Shown: positions 50,001 to 63,822 of the stretch, piece after piece
Layout: every line of letters starts with the position of its first letter
Numbering within the stretch: the stretch's first letter is position 1
Notes under the pieces: model-generated
Told to the model about the DNA's origin: nothing
Seen by the model: only the letters and a program-made list of their open reading frames with translations
Database searches by the model: none
Translations under genes and position numbers: made by a program
From: Haliotis cracherodii
Lineage: Eukaryota
Length of the DNA: 64,000 nucleotides
Reading direction: 5' to 3'
Assembly (NCBI RefSeq): GCF_022045235.1
Contig: NW_027266270.1
Span: 25,358,001 to 25,422,000, forward strand

Positions 50001-53000
50001 TCTGGTGTGAGCATGGGTAAAGTCTTTGTCCATAGCGTGAGCATGGGTAAAGTCGTTGTCCGTTGTGTGAGCATGGGTAAAGTCGTTGTCTCTGGTGTGA
50101 GCATGGGTAAAGTCGTTGTCCGTGGTGTGAGCATGGCTAAAGTCGTTGTCTCTGGTGTGAGCATGGGTAAAGTCTTTGTCCATGGCGTGAGCATGGGTAA
50201 AGTCGTTGTCCTTGGTGTGAGCATGGGTAAAGTCGTTGTCTCTGGCGTGAGCATGGGTAAAGTCGTTGTCCGTGGTGTGAGCATGGGTATAGTCGTTGTC
50301 CGTGGTGTGGGAATGGAAAAAGTCGTTGTCTCTGGCGTGAGCATTGGTAAAGTCGTTGTCTCTGGTGTGAGCATGGGTCGTTGTCCATGGCTTGAGTATG
50401 GGGCGAGCTGTTGTCCATGGCGTGAGAATGGGGAAAGTCGTTGTTCATGGCGTGAGCATGGGGAAAGTCGTTGTCCGTGGTGTGACCATTGGTAAAGTCT
50501 TTGTCCGTGCTGTGACCATGGGTAAAGTCGCTGGTCGTTATGTGAGAATGATTAAAGTGGTTGGTCGTGGTGTGACCATGGGTAAAGTCGCTGATCGTGG
50601 TGTGTAAGCATGGGTAAAGTAGTTGGTCGTGGTGTGAGCATGGATAAAGTCGTTGGTCGTGGTGTGAGCATGGATTAAGTCGCTGATCGTGGCGTGAGCA
50701 TGGATAAAGTCGGTGGTCGTGGCGTGAGCATGGATAAAGTCGTTGGTCGTGGCGTGAGCATGGATAAAGTCGTTGGTCGGGGTGTGAGCATGGGTAAAGT
50801 AGTTGGTCGTGGTGTGAGCATGTTTAAAATCGCAGATCGTGGTGTGTAAGCATGGATTAAGTCGCTGATCGTGGTTTGAGCATGGTTAAGTCGTTGGTCG
50901 GGGTGTGAGCATGGATAAAGTCGTTGGTCGGGGTGTGAGCACGGGTAAAGCTGTTGTCCATGATGTGAACATGGGGAAAATCGTTGGCCGTGCTGTGGGC
51001 ATGGGTAAGGTCGTTGGCCGTGGTGTTAGCATTGTGAAGATGCTGGTTTTGGTATGAGAATGGATGCAGACGATGGCCTTGATCTGAGTATTGTTCGAAG
51101 ACTCTAATATTACATATCCTGTAAATAAATGCTTTAATTGCTCCATCGTCATCTCTGTTGAACCAGGCTGTCAAACCCCACAGCGGTCCCCTGAACACCC
51201 TGAATCGGCCAAACATCTATGTCTGGGTGGTCTTCGAGCAAACAAACGACATCCAAGTCGAAGAAATGAAACAATACATCAACGAAACCAATTCGTTTAT
51301 GAATCCCCTGTTTATGCACGAGTTCATACAGACATATGGTCTTCAAGGTAAACTCAATGTTTGAATACCGTTGCACTACTCACATGTGTCTTCTACAAAC
51401 AGTCCAAATGACAACGTGGACATGAGGTTGTTTTCAAAATGGTTTAAATCAATCAACTAAACTGTAGACATTGACTCTATAAAAGAAGATATATAATGCG
51501 TAACTAGGACTTTCTCAAAGGCCGCGAAGATCCATATTGTATAGATCCCCTCAATTTGTTAACGTATTCACGTGTGTGGATGATTGCTTTCCTTACACTA
51601 CCCAGAGACCATATACCCTGCCCTTATCCTCTTCTCATGCTTACCAATCAATAATGCTTCCCTGCAACCCCCCCCACCCACCACGCCCCCTCCAATAATG
51701 CTGACCTGCACCCCCCACCCACCACGCCCCCTCCAATAATGCTGAACTGCACCACCAGCCCCCACCCACCACGCCCCCTCCAATAATGCTGACCTGCACC
51801 ACCACCCCACACCCACCACGCCCTAATCCAATACTGCTTCCCTGCAACCCCCCACCTACCACGCCCCCTCCAATAATACTTCCCTGCAACCGACCTCTCT
51901 CCACCCCCACCCCCACCCCCACCCCACTGCTTCCCCCTCTGTATCATTACCAACTCTCCAAACCCCCTATTTCTATCAGCTTCATGTTACTTTTCAGGTC
52001 CCGTCAGCTTCGACATCGTGCGCTCCTATGGCGACGACTACTCCGCAGTGACGATGAGAGACAGGCGTGTTACAAACAGGTGCCCCTACTACCACCAAAA
52101 ACGTGAGCTATCTACATCACATGCCAGAAAACCTCTAACCACTAGTGTGTCCCCCGCCGTGATATTGCTGGAATATTGCCAAAGGCGGCGTAAAACCATA
52201 CTCACTCACTCACTCACTCACTCTAACCACTAGTTTAATTAGGGGATATCTCTGTTGTTTTGACACCTCGGTTTTCTCTAACGCGGCTGGAATGAAAGTT
52301 GAAAGTTGACATTTGCAAGCTTTATTATTTACAATTTACCCATGCACCGATCTCATGGCAGGGGAGGAAGTATACACCCGTGTTTGATAGTGGCAAAACG
52401 TGAAACAGACCAGAATTGGTTATTCGATGGTGAAGTAATTGATACGGGTATCATTGCAGTGTCGGGGCAGCTGTTGTCAGTCTGGTAACGTTTTGTTTAT
52501 AATTTGTGGGTCAAATCCAATTTTCAAGTGTATAATTTCTGTTGCCCGGCAGTTTATGCACGGTTTTGTGACCCAAAGGGCATTGGTGGGCCGGTCGTCT
52601 AAGGTGCCGCGATTCGATGGCTGCCAGAAACCTATGTTCGTGTGATCGAATCCCAGAAACGTCCTGATTATGTTTCTGGGTTTGCTAGCACCATAACCGC
52701 GCTCACTGGTTTCACCAAAGCTGTAAACATCTAAGATCTCACACATCTAGTTGACAGGTCATGATATGTGACATACTGTCACTCACCTTTATGCAGCCCC
52801 CTGAGTGCAGCTCATTCTTAGATTCCACGATGGCTACGGTTGGAACACTGCTAAAAGAATGGTAAAACACAGCTCACACACTCACGCCTTTACAGAAAGG
52901 TACTTCGCACGCCTCATATCATAACAAGCGTGGGAAGAATTCCGTTCTGAAATATTTTCTTCTTCTTCCAGGACTCCAAGACCTCGTGGACAGCCATGGC

Positions 53001-53215
53001 GGTCTGACCTTCAACCTGTCGTCTGCTGAGGCCGGGATCTCTATTGACCTGCACTTTATGACCCCGGACATGTCTTTCCCCTTCTGCTGTTCTGCAGTGA
53101 AGACTGGGTGAGATTGATTTACAGTTAACTATACAAACTTGTAACAATCCGTTTCTTTTGTTTTCTTTGACATAAATTATTGATAAATTAAGTCTTCTTC
53201 TTCTTCTTCTTCTTC

Positions 53216-53258
<43 letters not shown>

Positions 53259-55505
53259 GTTGTTGTTGTTGTTATATATTCATTATTTATTTATATGTCA
53301 TCATCATCTTCTTAATCACTGATAAATATTGTCTCATTCAGCGCCGCCAACGTTCATGTCAATTATAAGTCCACTGGGGAGATCATGGCCGCCAAAGTGA
53401 GAGCAAAGCCCATGGTTCACTTTGTGTCAAGAAACCTCTTCGCCCCTGCCAGTACCACCCTGCAAGGTAGTAAATGTCCTGTCTGGCTTCCCAACCAACA
53501 TGTGTATGGGTGCAATGACACTCAGCCATTGCTAGATCCCACGTGGATTATATACTTGTATGTTTGGGATAACACTTTCTTAGTAAAGTTCAGATTCTCG
53601 TACTTAAAGTAATTTAAGTAAGGTAATTTAAATCCAACGTTTCTAAGACAGCACACCATTTAGGATTCCGGGATCGAATAGGCCCTCGCCAACCTATGCT
53701 GTTCGTAATAGTCGACTTAATGGATTGGGTGGTCAGCATACCGAGAGGGCGTGGATCGTTGCTCATAATTTCAATCACTGTTTATTTACAGACGGCTATT
53801 TACAGACCGCAGTCATGTAGCTGGAGTTGATTTCATATTTGCTATTCTCGCCCAACAGGTCAGTTCTTCACCTTGATGCTGGTCAACCCGACAAAGGAGT
53901 TGAATACATCAACCCCCAACACTGACGTACATTGGCTCGTTGTCAACATCAACGCCGATGACGTCGCTAACGGTGACGTCGTCGTCGAATACATGCCTCC
54001 GATGCCAAGTGCAACAAAGCGGATGTATCTGGCCCTTCTGTACAAGCAAGCGAACAGAACTGACCAAGTGAAGAACATCACAGGCCTGCTCGGTTCTGGA
54101 TGCCCTCGGAACACTAAGTACGAGACGCTACTGTGGAGATTTCGCCGTTATTTGGCTAGAATAACGCCGATTTGACGTTCTCTTTTAAATTGTCGAGATA
54201 GTTGTGTTTGCCTTTTTATGAAGAACGTATTGTTCGATTACAATGAATTTATAAATATTCATCTGAAGATCGTATTTTTTCGTTCATAGCCTTGCATTCA
54301 ATTCTATATTTACGAAATAAGGTACCCGATATATATCGGACATATTGACATGCTAGACACCTAGACAGGAGCTGTCTCCATTTCATTATAATACCTTGTA
54401 CATGATGAATATAATACCCCACAAGAAAACGTCACCAGTCATCAATACCGCGGCAACAAATTATGATGTCAATATTAAAATCTTAAACAAATTAAATTTG
54501 CAATAAAATAATTTTCACAAAATATTCATCAACAGAGGGATGTTTAAAACAAAATGAACAATAATGGCTACAATTCTTTCCCTGATTTTCATCTTGTATC
54601 ATGTTTTGACTACTATGCGATTACCTCCCTTACATAATGAATTTGATAAATACAGTGTGCCTACAGTAAGTGAGCGCTGTAGCCTATTCAGGCCACATAA
54701 TCTCAACTAATTTTCATATCTCTACTGTTTGATATACCCGTTCTGTTTCATATCTCTGCTCTGTTTCATATCCCCGCTCTGTTTCATATCTCCACTTTGT
54801 TTCATATCTCCACTCTGTTTCATATCTCTACCTTGTTAAATATCTCCACTCAGTTTCATATCTCCACTTTGTTAGATATCCCCGCTCTGTTTCATATCTC
54901 CAATTTGTTTCATATCTCCACTCTACTTCATATCCCCGATCTGTTTCATATCTCCACTTTGGTAGATATCCCCGCTCTGTTTCATATCTCCAATTTGTTT
55001 CATATCTCCGCTCTACTTCATATCCCCGATCTGTTTCATTTCCCCGATCTGTTTCATGTATCCTCTCTGTTTCATATCCCCGATCTGTTTCATATCTCCA
55101 CTTTGTTTCATATCCCCGCTCTGTTTGATATATCCGCTCTGTTTCCATATGTAGAACTTCAGTACCTGCCTTTCTTTGATGAATTTAAGACCCAGAAGCA
55201 TTGTTGTGAAAATTCCAAACACATTATCAAACCCTCTTCTGTTTAGGTGCAAGTTCCAGGTGAAAAACTATGTCATGAAGAACAGCCTCGTTCTGAGTGG
55301 ACTCCGCCAGATGGACGTTAAACCCGACCACTACAGCAAACACCAGGAAGTGAAGAACGGGATGAGACCCGAGAAAGAAGCATGTGAAGGCATGGCTGGT
55401 TACAGAAATCCGTGCCCAACAGGAACTGGGCTTCCTCTGACATCCTCCATGGTCGCCATCTATGCCATGGCGTTGCTGGCTGTTGTCTGTCAAAAGGCTT
55501 TTTGA
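46465..55505 (+). CDS. Double-PEBP secreted or GPI-anchored protein, copy B, 9 exons, 542 aa
   Basis: Exons 46465-46525, 48950-49219, 49630-49862, 51167-51347, 51998-52102, 52972-53107, 53342-53466, 53859-54117 and 55247-55505. Exon lengths, phases and splice dinucleotides match copy A, with no stops or indels. About 93% aa identity to copy A by hand count. Confidence 0.88.
49957..51035. repeat. 30-bp minisatellite, about 35 units, intron 3 of copy B
   Basis: Same unit family as 23985-28935, with its own TCTCTGG variant. Confidence 0.95.
52147..52220 (+). mobile_element. 5'-truncated family 1 SINE, copy B intron 5 only
   Basis: 14-bp TSD CTCTAACCACTAGT. Empty site in copy A near 29975. Confidence 0.9.
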
Positions 55506-56022
55506 AATTCTGCGATTTTATATTCGTCTTTTAACTAACAAGACTGCTTGCATTTAAAGGAGAGACCAGGCTCCCTGGCCTATTTCTAAACGTTGAAATT
55601 CGTGCGGAATAAAATTATGATACCTTGTCTCTGTGTACTTAGTACCTACTTGATGGCAATTCACCATAAATTTGAGTTAGCCCTTGGTTGGAAATGATTT
55701 GTATCAAACTTGATATGACTTCCTACTGGCCTGATCCTATTCTTCCTTTTACACTGCTAATAACAACTGACAAGATGCTTTGTGTTAATCAGAATCCATA
55801 TTATCACGTTATCACAAGCCTATATAGCGTGCCTGGACATATTTTAAAGGTATCGTCAGTAGATCAAGAGTCATTCACAAATCCACAAATTGACCGTAGC
55901 ACTCCGCCAGGCTAAAGACAACGTTTCGCTATTACGTAATCGTATAGTTACAGTGCTCGCTTTGATGAGGGTGAATTTCTTATTTTCAAATGTTTCCGGA
56001 AGTGTCATTTTTTTTCTGTTTA

Positions 56023-56745
56023 CCAAGGATGACAGAGGTTTTACATTGTATGTTTGACTGTTATTACCGGGAATAAATAATGATGCATGTCGGCCAAGGA
56101 TGACAGGGTTCTTCCATTGTATGTTTGACTGTTATAACCGGGAATAAATAATGATGCATGTCGGCCAAGGATGACAGGGTTCTTCCATTGTATGTTTGAC
56201 TGTTATAACCGGGAATAAATAATGATGCATGTCGGCCAAGGATGACAGGGTTTTTACATTGTATGTTTGACTGTTATAACCGGGAATAAATAATGATGCA
56301 TGTCGGCCAAGGATGACAGAGTTCTTACATTCTATGTTTGACTGTTATAACCGGGAATAAATAATGATGCATGTCGGCCAAGGATGACAGAGTTCTTACA
56401 TTGTATGTTTGACTGTTATAACCGGGAATAAATAATGATGCATGTCGGCCAAGGATGACAGGGTTTTTACATTGTATGTTTGACTGTTATTACCGGGAAT
56501 AAATAATGATGCATGTCGGCCAAGGATGACAGGGTTTTTACATTGTATGTTTGACTGTTATTACCGGGAATAAATAATGATGCATGTCGGCCAAGGATGA
56601 CAGGGTTTTTACATTGTATGTTTGACTGTTATTACCGGGAATAAATAATGATGCATGTCGGCCAAGGATGACAGGGTTTTTACATTGTATGTTTGATTAT
56701 TATAACCGGTAATACATAATGATGCATGTCGGCCAAGGATGACAG
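56023..56745. repeat. 71-bp tandem repeat, about 10 units, copy B only
   Basis: Unit CCAAGGATGACAGGGTTTTTACATTGTATGTTTGACTGTTATAACCGGGAATAAATAATGATGCATGTCGG. A single partial unit is in copy A at about 36641-36696. Confidence 0.95.
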
Positions 56746-57289
56746 ATGGGTGAATATTTAACAATGAAGTCATTCGGCCAGATATTTCTGGAATATTGCT
56801 AAAAGCGGCGGAAAAACACTCACCCACTCTAATACACACATACTCCGGTACACCAGAACATTATATTCAAGTATCACTTTTTTAATACTAAACCTCACAG
56901 TTCTATGTTTATTTAGTATTTTTGTTTTGATGGATAAAATGACAGAAGGTTAAAAATCAGAAAGGGGCGTCTTTTTTTCATAAGACATTTCTTCCAATAA
57001 AATGTTTTGGTGTTTAGAATTTATTTATTCAAAATATATCTTGAAATAGGTATTCCATGACTGTGTTTGAAGAGGAGCTACTTGTTTCATTGTTATTCTA
57101 ATTTCAGTAAGGTCAGTTGATCATGATGCTGTATTTGTCATTTCGTATTTCAAATATTGATTTTTGTAATAAAATTTAACAAAACAGCTGTATTTCCTTA
57201 TGTCTATTAGGGGTGGGTTAGTAGCATGGAAAAAAACGTTAGCTAAAATGAAGGGGACGTCGGCAAAAACATGATCTAAGACAAATTCT

Positions 57290-58759
57290 CTGAGCTGTCC
57301 GGGAAAACGAGGGTATAATGTACGGAATTGAGTTGTCCGGGATGACGAGGGTATAATGTACAGAACTGAGTTTTCCGGGATAACGAGGGTATAATGTACA
57401 GAACTGAACTGTCCGGGAAATCGAGGGTATAATGTACGGAACTGAGTTGTCCGGGATAAAGAGGGTATAGTGTACAGAACTGAGTTGACCGGGATAAAGA
57501 GGGTATAATGTACAGAACTGAGTTGTCCGGGATAAAGAGGGTATAATGTACAGAACTGAGTTGTCCGGGATAACGAGGGTATAGTGTACAGAACTGAGTT
57601 GTCCGGGATAACGAGGGTATATTGTACAGAACTGAATTGTCCGGGATAACGAGGGTATAGTGTACAGAACTGAGTTGTCCCGGATAAAGAGGGTATAATG
57701 TACAGAACTGAGTTGTCCCGGATAACGAGGGTATAATGTACAGAACTGAGTTGTCCGGGATAACGAGGGTAAAATGTACAGAACTGAGTTGTCCGGTATA
57801 ACGAGGGTATAATGTACAGAACTGAGTTGTCCGGGATAAAGAGGGTATAATGTACAGAACTGAGTTGTCCGTGATAAAGAGGGTATAATGTACAGAACTG
57901 AGTTGTCCGGGATAAAGAGGGTAAAATGTACAGAACTGAGTTGTCCGGTATAACGAGGGTATAATGTACAGAACTGAGTTGTCCGGTATAACGAGGGTAT
58001 AATGTACAGAACTGAGTTGTCCGGGATAAAGAGGGTATAATGTACAGAACTGAGTTGTCCGTGATAAAGAGGGTATAATGTACAGAACTGAGTTGTCCGG
58101 GATAAAGAGGGTAAAATGTACAGAACTGAGTTGTCCGGTATAACGAGGGTATAATGTACAGAACTGAGTTGTCCGGGATAAAGATGGTAAAATGTACAGA
58201 ACTTAGTTGTCCGGTATAACGAGGGTATAATGTACAGAACTGAGTTGTCCGGGATAAAGAGGGTATAATGTACAGAACTGAGTTGTCCGGGATAACCAGG
58301 GTATAATGTACAGAACTGAGTTGTCCGGGATAACGAGGGTATAGTGTACAGAACTGAGTTGTCCGGGATAACGAGGATATAATGTACAGGAACTGAGTTG
58401 TCCGGGATAACGAGGGTATAGTGTACAGAACTAAGTTGTCCGGGATAACGAGGGTATATTGTACAGAACTGAGCTGTCCGGGATAAAGAGGGTATAATGT
58501 ACAGAACTGAGTTGTCCGGTATAACGAGGGTATAACGTACAGAACTGAGTTGTCCGGGATAACGAGGTTATAATGTACAGAACTGAGTTGTCCGGGATAA
58601 CGAGGGTATAATGTACAGAACAGAGTTGTCCGGGATAACGAGGGTATAATGTACAGAACTGAGTTGTCCGGGATAACGAGGGTATAATGTACAGAACTGA
58701 GTTGTCCGGGATAACGAGGGTATAATGTACAGAACTGAGTTGTCCGGGATAACGAGGGG
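57290..58759. repeat. 38-bp tandem repeat (copy B)
   Basis: Same unit as 37514-39058. Confidence 0.96.
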
Positions 58760-60265
58760 ATACTTGAAAATCAAACATATGATACAGTCAACTGAGAGGT
58801 ATAATTTCCTTTGCTCCTCAGTTTTTATCGCCTTATCTGAACGTCCGTTACAGAAGCAATGTATGCATGTTGTACTCGTATGAGAAATATGATGCACTCC
58901 GTTTTGCTGTGTATTTCAAAATTTGAATTTTGTTGAATATGTACCAATGCCCCGCTACCTTGTAAACATGAGATCAGATGCCCATACAGCGATGTCTGTT
59001 GTGTATAATTGACGTTTCCTTTTGTTTGCGTATCATTATTTACCAAATATCTGTGTCTGATGAAATATCATATTCCAGAAACATTAAGTGAGCTATTTGT
59101 ATCGCCCCTTATGACAAACTTAGGGCCTGACCCCTCACTCGGGAGTTCTGGAGTTCCACAGGTAATATCACACGCCGTACGGATAACGAAATCACATTTC
59201 ATTGCTGCACATGAGTTAATCTTTAAAGCAAACAACTCCCTAATAATCAAACATCCACTTGTTGGAATACCCCGTTGTTATGTTGACCTTACCACAGCCC
59301 CGTTTTAATGTCCATTGTTTCTTGTAGATGGTAATGCGGTCTGGGATATTAAAATGTTTCGCAATCTCCACATCCCACACATATTACCTTTCACGGACCC
59401 CTTTGTCACCTGGCCATGGTATTCCCCCACGACAGAGTCTTGACCCCTTGGGTCCTACACGGCATGCGTGTTGACCTTTGGTGACGTAATGACACGTGAC
59501 TGCACATCGCGAGGACATTTGTTTCGCTGTTTGGGTTCTCTATCGTCTTGTTTAGTTATGTACCACTGATCGTGTTTCACCAAGTGGTTCACATCTAAAC
59601 ACCGTCTTGTTTTCTCCCACATAAATCTGACACGCCGTGATATAATTAAAATAAACTGTTCCAACCGGCGTTCAACCCAAACTCACAAACCCACTCTTGT
59701 ACAGTTCCGAGACAAAAGGGCTGACCCAGAAATTTCAAATTTCGGATTATGCCGTATAAAACAACCTTAGCACTATGAGTCTTAAGTCTATGTTAAGGTA
59801 TGGGAGTTACGAAAGCCTCAACGCTAAGATCGCTTTGTACAATGGCACCCCGGCCAGTATAGATAGGAACTATGTATGGTATTTAGTGAATAGTATTTAA
59901 AGCTACATTCTGTAACCGTATACATTCAAGCTCGTTAACATTTTACACTTTATTAAGACGGTCTCGAATTCAAATGTATGCATTAGTGGATCCAAACAAA
60001 TGTAAACATAGATTCAGATCTTTATTTAATTAGACGAACAGCAAGAGGATTCATCTTCCTGTGCTGGTCGTAAGAGGGTGCGTTTTGGCGAACAGTTTTA
60101 TAAGTAAAATTAAGACATGCCTTCAGAACAGACTGCACCCCGCGGCGTGGATCGTTGTTCATAATATCGATCACTGGATTGTCTACTTCAGACATGATTA
60201 ATAACAGGCGGGGGCCATACAGTTGGAACATTGCGGCGTTAACAACAAACACAAAAAGGGGATAT

Positions 60266-61359
60266 TACGGTTGGCAATGAGGGACATGGAGTCTGTTTTC
60301 AATATTTTGATATTATTAACTTTTATCGTGACCTTTTGCAAATTAACACAATTTATCATACAAATATGTGATAAATCATGTATAAAAACAACCGAAAACT
60401 TGGAAAATGTACTTGAAATGTGAAGCGAAAATGTCGAAAACTAAAATGGAAATGTCAAAAACAAAAGCGAAAATACGGTGGCCCATAAGGGACATAGAGT
60501 CTGTTTTTCAATATGTTGATATTTCACTTACTGTTATCGTAAGCTTTTGCAAATTAACACGATTTCTGATACAAATATGTGATAAATCATGTATAAAGAA
60601 GATACTGAATCCCTGAAAAGTGAAGCGAAAATGTCAAAAACAAAAGCGAAAATACGGTGGCCCATAAGGGATATGGAGTCTGTTTTTCAATATGTTGATA
60701 TTTCACTTACTGTTATCGTAAGCTTTTGCAAATTAACACGATTTGTGATACAAATATGTGATAAATCATGCATAAAGAAGATATTGAATCCCTGAAAAGT
60801 GAAGCGAAAATGTCAAAAACAAAAGCGAAAATACGGTGGCCCATAAGGGACATTGAGTCTGTTTTTCAATATTTTGATATTTCACTTACTTTCATCGTAA
60901 CCTTTCGCAAATTAACACAATCTATCATACAAATATGTGATAAATCATGTATAAAAACAACCGAAAACATGGAAAATGTACTTTCAAGTAGCTATTGAAA
61001 CTCTGAAATGTCAAGCGAAAATGTCAAAAACTAAAATGGAAATGTCCGAAACAAAAACGAAAAGGTCAAAAACTAAAATGAAAATACAGAAAAGTATTTC
61101 CACCGCGGGGATAACTATTTACACCGTCGTGAAAAGTATTTAAGTGGGAACATTATCACCTCGGTGAAAATACTTTTCTGTATTTTCATTTTAGCTTTTG
61201 ACATTTTCATTTTAGTTTTTGGCATTTTTGCTTCACTTTTCAGCGATTCAATATCTACTTTATACATGATTTATCACATATTTGTATGACAAATCGTGTT
61301 AATTTGCAAAAGGTTACGATTGCAGTAAACAGACTCCATGTCCCTTATGGGCTACCGTA
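60266..61359. mobile_element. Foldback non-autonomous DNA transposon (TAC..GTA termini, near-perfect 6-bp TSD) with a tandemly amplified left arm
   Basis: The right arm (about 61150-61359) is the reverse complement of the left-arm unit. The left arm recurs at 60266, 60474, 60653 and 60832. Flanks GGATAT and GTATAT. Confidence 0.8.
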
Positions 61360-61763
61360 GTATATACAGTGTGTACTTATGTAGTCGCAACCATAACTTA
61401 AGGACTAAGGAATTCATTAACTTTAACCAGGCATTTGACAAGACATATATTCCGATGACAGACTGATACAATGAAATCCCATATCGTGCACCCACCAGCG
61501 AGATGGGGTCACTGACCATCAGTTTAGGTAATGATAAAACAAAGGCAGCAACCTGATGATTGCATGAGAATACACCCGTATTGCTTCATCACGACATAGC
61601 CTCATTATAACTCGTGTTGCTCCGAATCAAGTTACGGAAAGAGGCGAGTGGTGATGGTTGCACGAGAGCTCGCCTGACAACGCCCCAGTGCACCCCGGGA
61701 TATATAAGGTCGATACCCTGTCTGCATGTGTTGTACTGCCCCAGAAGTGAAGGAGTGAGGAAC

Positions 61764-61809
61764 ATGGCAGCCCTGATGAAAATATCCCTCGTATCTCTTC
61801 TAGTTTCAG
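61764..61809 (+). CDS. Probable first (signal-peptide) exon of another secreted-protein gene continuing beyond the window
   Basis: TATATAA at 61701-61707, good start context AACATGG, peptide MAALMKISLVSLLVS, and a strong phase-1 donor CAG/GTGAGT. No downstream exon was recognised in the window. Confidence 0.6.
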
Positions 61810-62493
61810 GTGAGTGGTCATTCATTGAATTTTTTTGCAAGAAAAATATCTTCGTTTGTGGACGAGGCAAGAAAAGACCCACAAGATCTGGATAATTTAA
61901 TAACTGAGCAAAACGTGTTGTTAAAGTTTTCAGATGTGTTCATATGAATGAGAAGTAGGTTTTGTACAGTTCAACAATGAAACTTTTGGACTTATAATAA
62001 CACGAAATGCATGCTATGTAAGCTAAACTGTGCTCAAGAGGCTGATTTTAAAGACCTTCGGCAAACGCTAATGGTAATCCTTGAACAAGGGAAGGCCTTT
62101 GAAGCAAGTTCATATTTATAAATAGTAAACATCATGTTAGGTCACAGACCTGATCACTGTTTGGTGTTCTTTTGAAGTTAGAAAAAAATCACTCTAGCCA
62201 TACGTATGTATTTCATCATATAAAAAAAGTCTAAAACTTGCAAGTGCAAGAACGAAAAAAGGGTTGATGTAATCGATTTAAATATGTCTGATAAGTTTCA
62301 TACCAGGCTTTCAAAGTCTGCGACTGTATATAACTTGAGGCATCCAGTGGGCCAAATAAGCCCTCATCCTACCTCGTCCTTAATGTTCACCTTCATCAAT
62401 AAACATCTACGTTTGCAAATATATTACGTATATGCGTCATGTTTTTAGTTCAACATCTATGCTGTTCTTGTGGCTTTTCTTATACTTACCTCT

Positions 62494-62648
62494 GGGTTGC
62501 GGTCGGGTAGCCTGGTGGTTAAAGCGTTCGCTCGACACGCTGAAGACCCGGGTTCGATTCCCGGCATGGGTACAATGTGTGAAGCCAATTTCTGGTGTCC
62601 CCCGCCGTGATATTGCTGGAATATTGCTAAACCATACTCACTCACTCA
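62494..62648 (+). mobile_element. Family 1 SINE
   Basis: Head GCGGTCGGGTAGCCTGGTGGTTAAAGCG and (ACTC)n tail. Confidence 0.85.
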
Positions 62649-63531
62649 TGATACTTACTTAATTCAGTCTTAATGTCGCTCGAAATTACTATTTAAATCG
62701 AATACTCCTCAGGGAGGGAAGAAAGAAAAATCGAGTGCACACTGATCCCTTGACCGGGACAATAATGTAACACTTTGAGTACGCTTTAGTGTGCGGTTGG
62801 CGCAGTATAAATATGCACTTTATTATCAGTATTATAATATGGGAGAGCTACAAACCCCTGTGCTTAAAACGGATATTGGTATGCAAATAAATTTCACTTA
62901 GGCTAGGTATGAACATGTAACCTACATCATTTTTTCAAATAAAAGGTCACTTGTTTTGTTGAAATAGAAGACAATAATTAACATAACCTAAATAACAGAC
63001 ACTGACATGATCTAAGTAAAGGTGAAATCAAGGTTTTTTTAAGAAAAAATGTGGGATAAAAGAAAGTATAAACATAGAAAATGTTTTTTTGCATTCAATA
63101 CGGCTGTCATAGTTGTGTTTTAGACCTAAGGTTTTCAGTATTTTGGCGACTGTGTTCAGCCTAGTTTCGTTTTGGTGGTCAAATCCAATTTTTGTATTTT
63201 GCATGGGAGTTTATGAAAAAAACATAAATTCTTTAATTTGTCAATATTCCACTTGTACTCCACTCCAGATGTACGTTATCCTCTAATGAAATACGTACCT
63301 TCATTCCGTGGATTACATAGTGATATATACATGAAAGGCGTGTATAACCCACTCAAAGATTCCCCCGCGACCCCCGACTGGCAGTTTACTGTCTGTTAAT
63401 TATTGACAGGGGCTTGTTGATTGGCTCATAAAGCAATTACGTCGTCTGCGATTTACAACATAAATCTTTGCTCACCTTATGAAGAATGTGTCAAATTTAT
63501 CGCATTTGTGCAGCGGCCATAAAAGGGGTCA

Positions 63532-63822
63532 TTATTGAAGGAGGAAATCTAGATGGTCTTTTGCAACCCCCTTCATTGGAGGAGAAAATCTAGATGATCT
63601 TCTGGAACCCCCTTTATTGAAGAAGGAAATCTAGATGGTCTTTTGCAATCCCCTTCATTGGAGGAGGAAACTAGATGATCTTCTGAAACCCCTTTATTGG
63701 AGGAGGAATTCTAAATGATCTTCTGAAACCTCTTTATTGAGGGAGGAAATCTAGATGAACTTTTGTCACCCCCTTTATTGGAGGAGGAATTCTAGATGAT
63801 CTTCTGAAACCCCTTTTATTGG
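63532..63822. repeat. About 41-bp degenerate tandem repeat, about 7 units
   Basis: Recurrent TTATTGGAGGAGGAAATCTAGATGATCTTCTGAAACCCC. Confidence 0.85.

Larger units (their letters stand above)
39902..59030 (+). repeat. Tandem segmental duplication, copy B
   Basis: Same orientation as copy A. It starts at TGCAGCTCAT(T/A)AGGTCAAG inside the MTRF1L penultimate exon and ends near TTTGTTTG after the 38-bp satellite. Confidence 0.92.

Noticed and set aside
59009-59470. Coding-looking stretch after the duplication end
   Set aside because: No recognisable motif or consistent exon structure on either strand. Left unannotated.
60223-60998. Four similar short ORFs (QICDKSCIK)
   Set aside because: They are translations of the tandem transposon arm.
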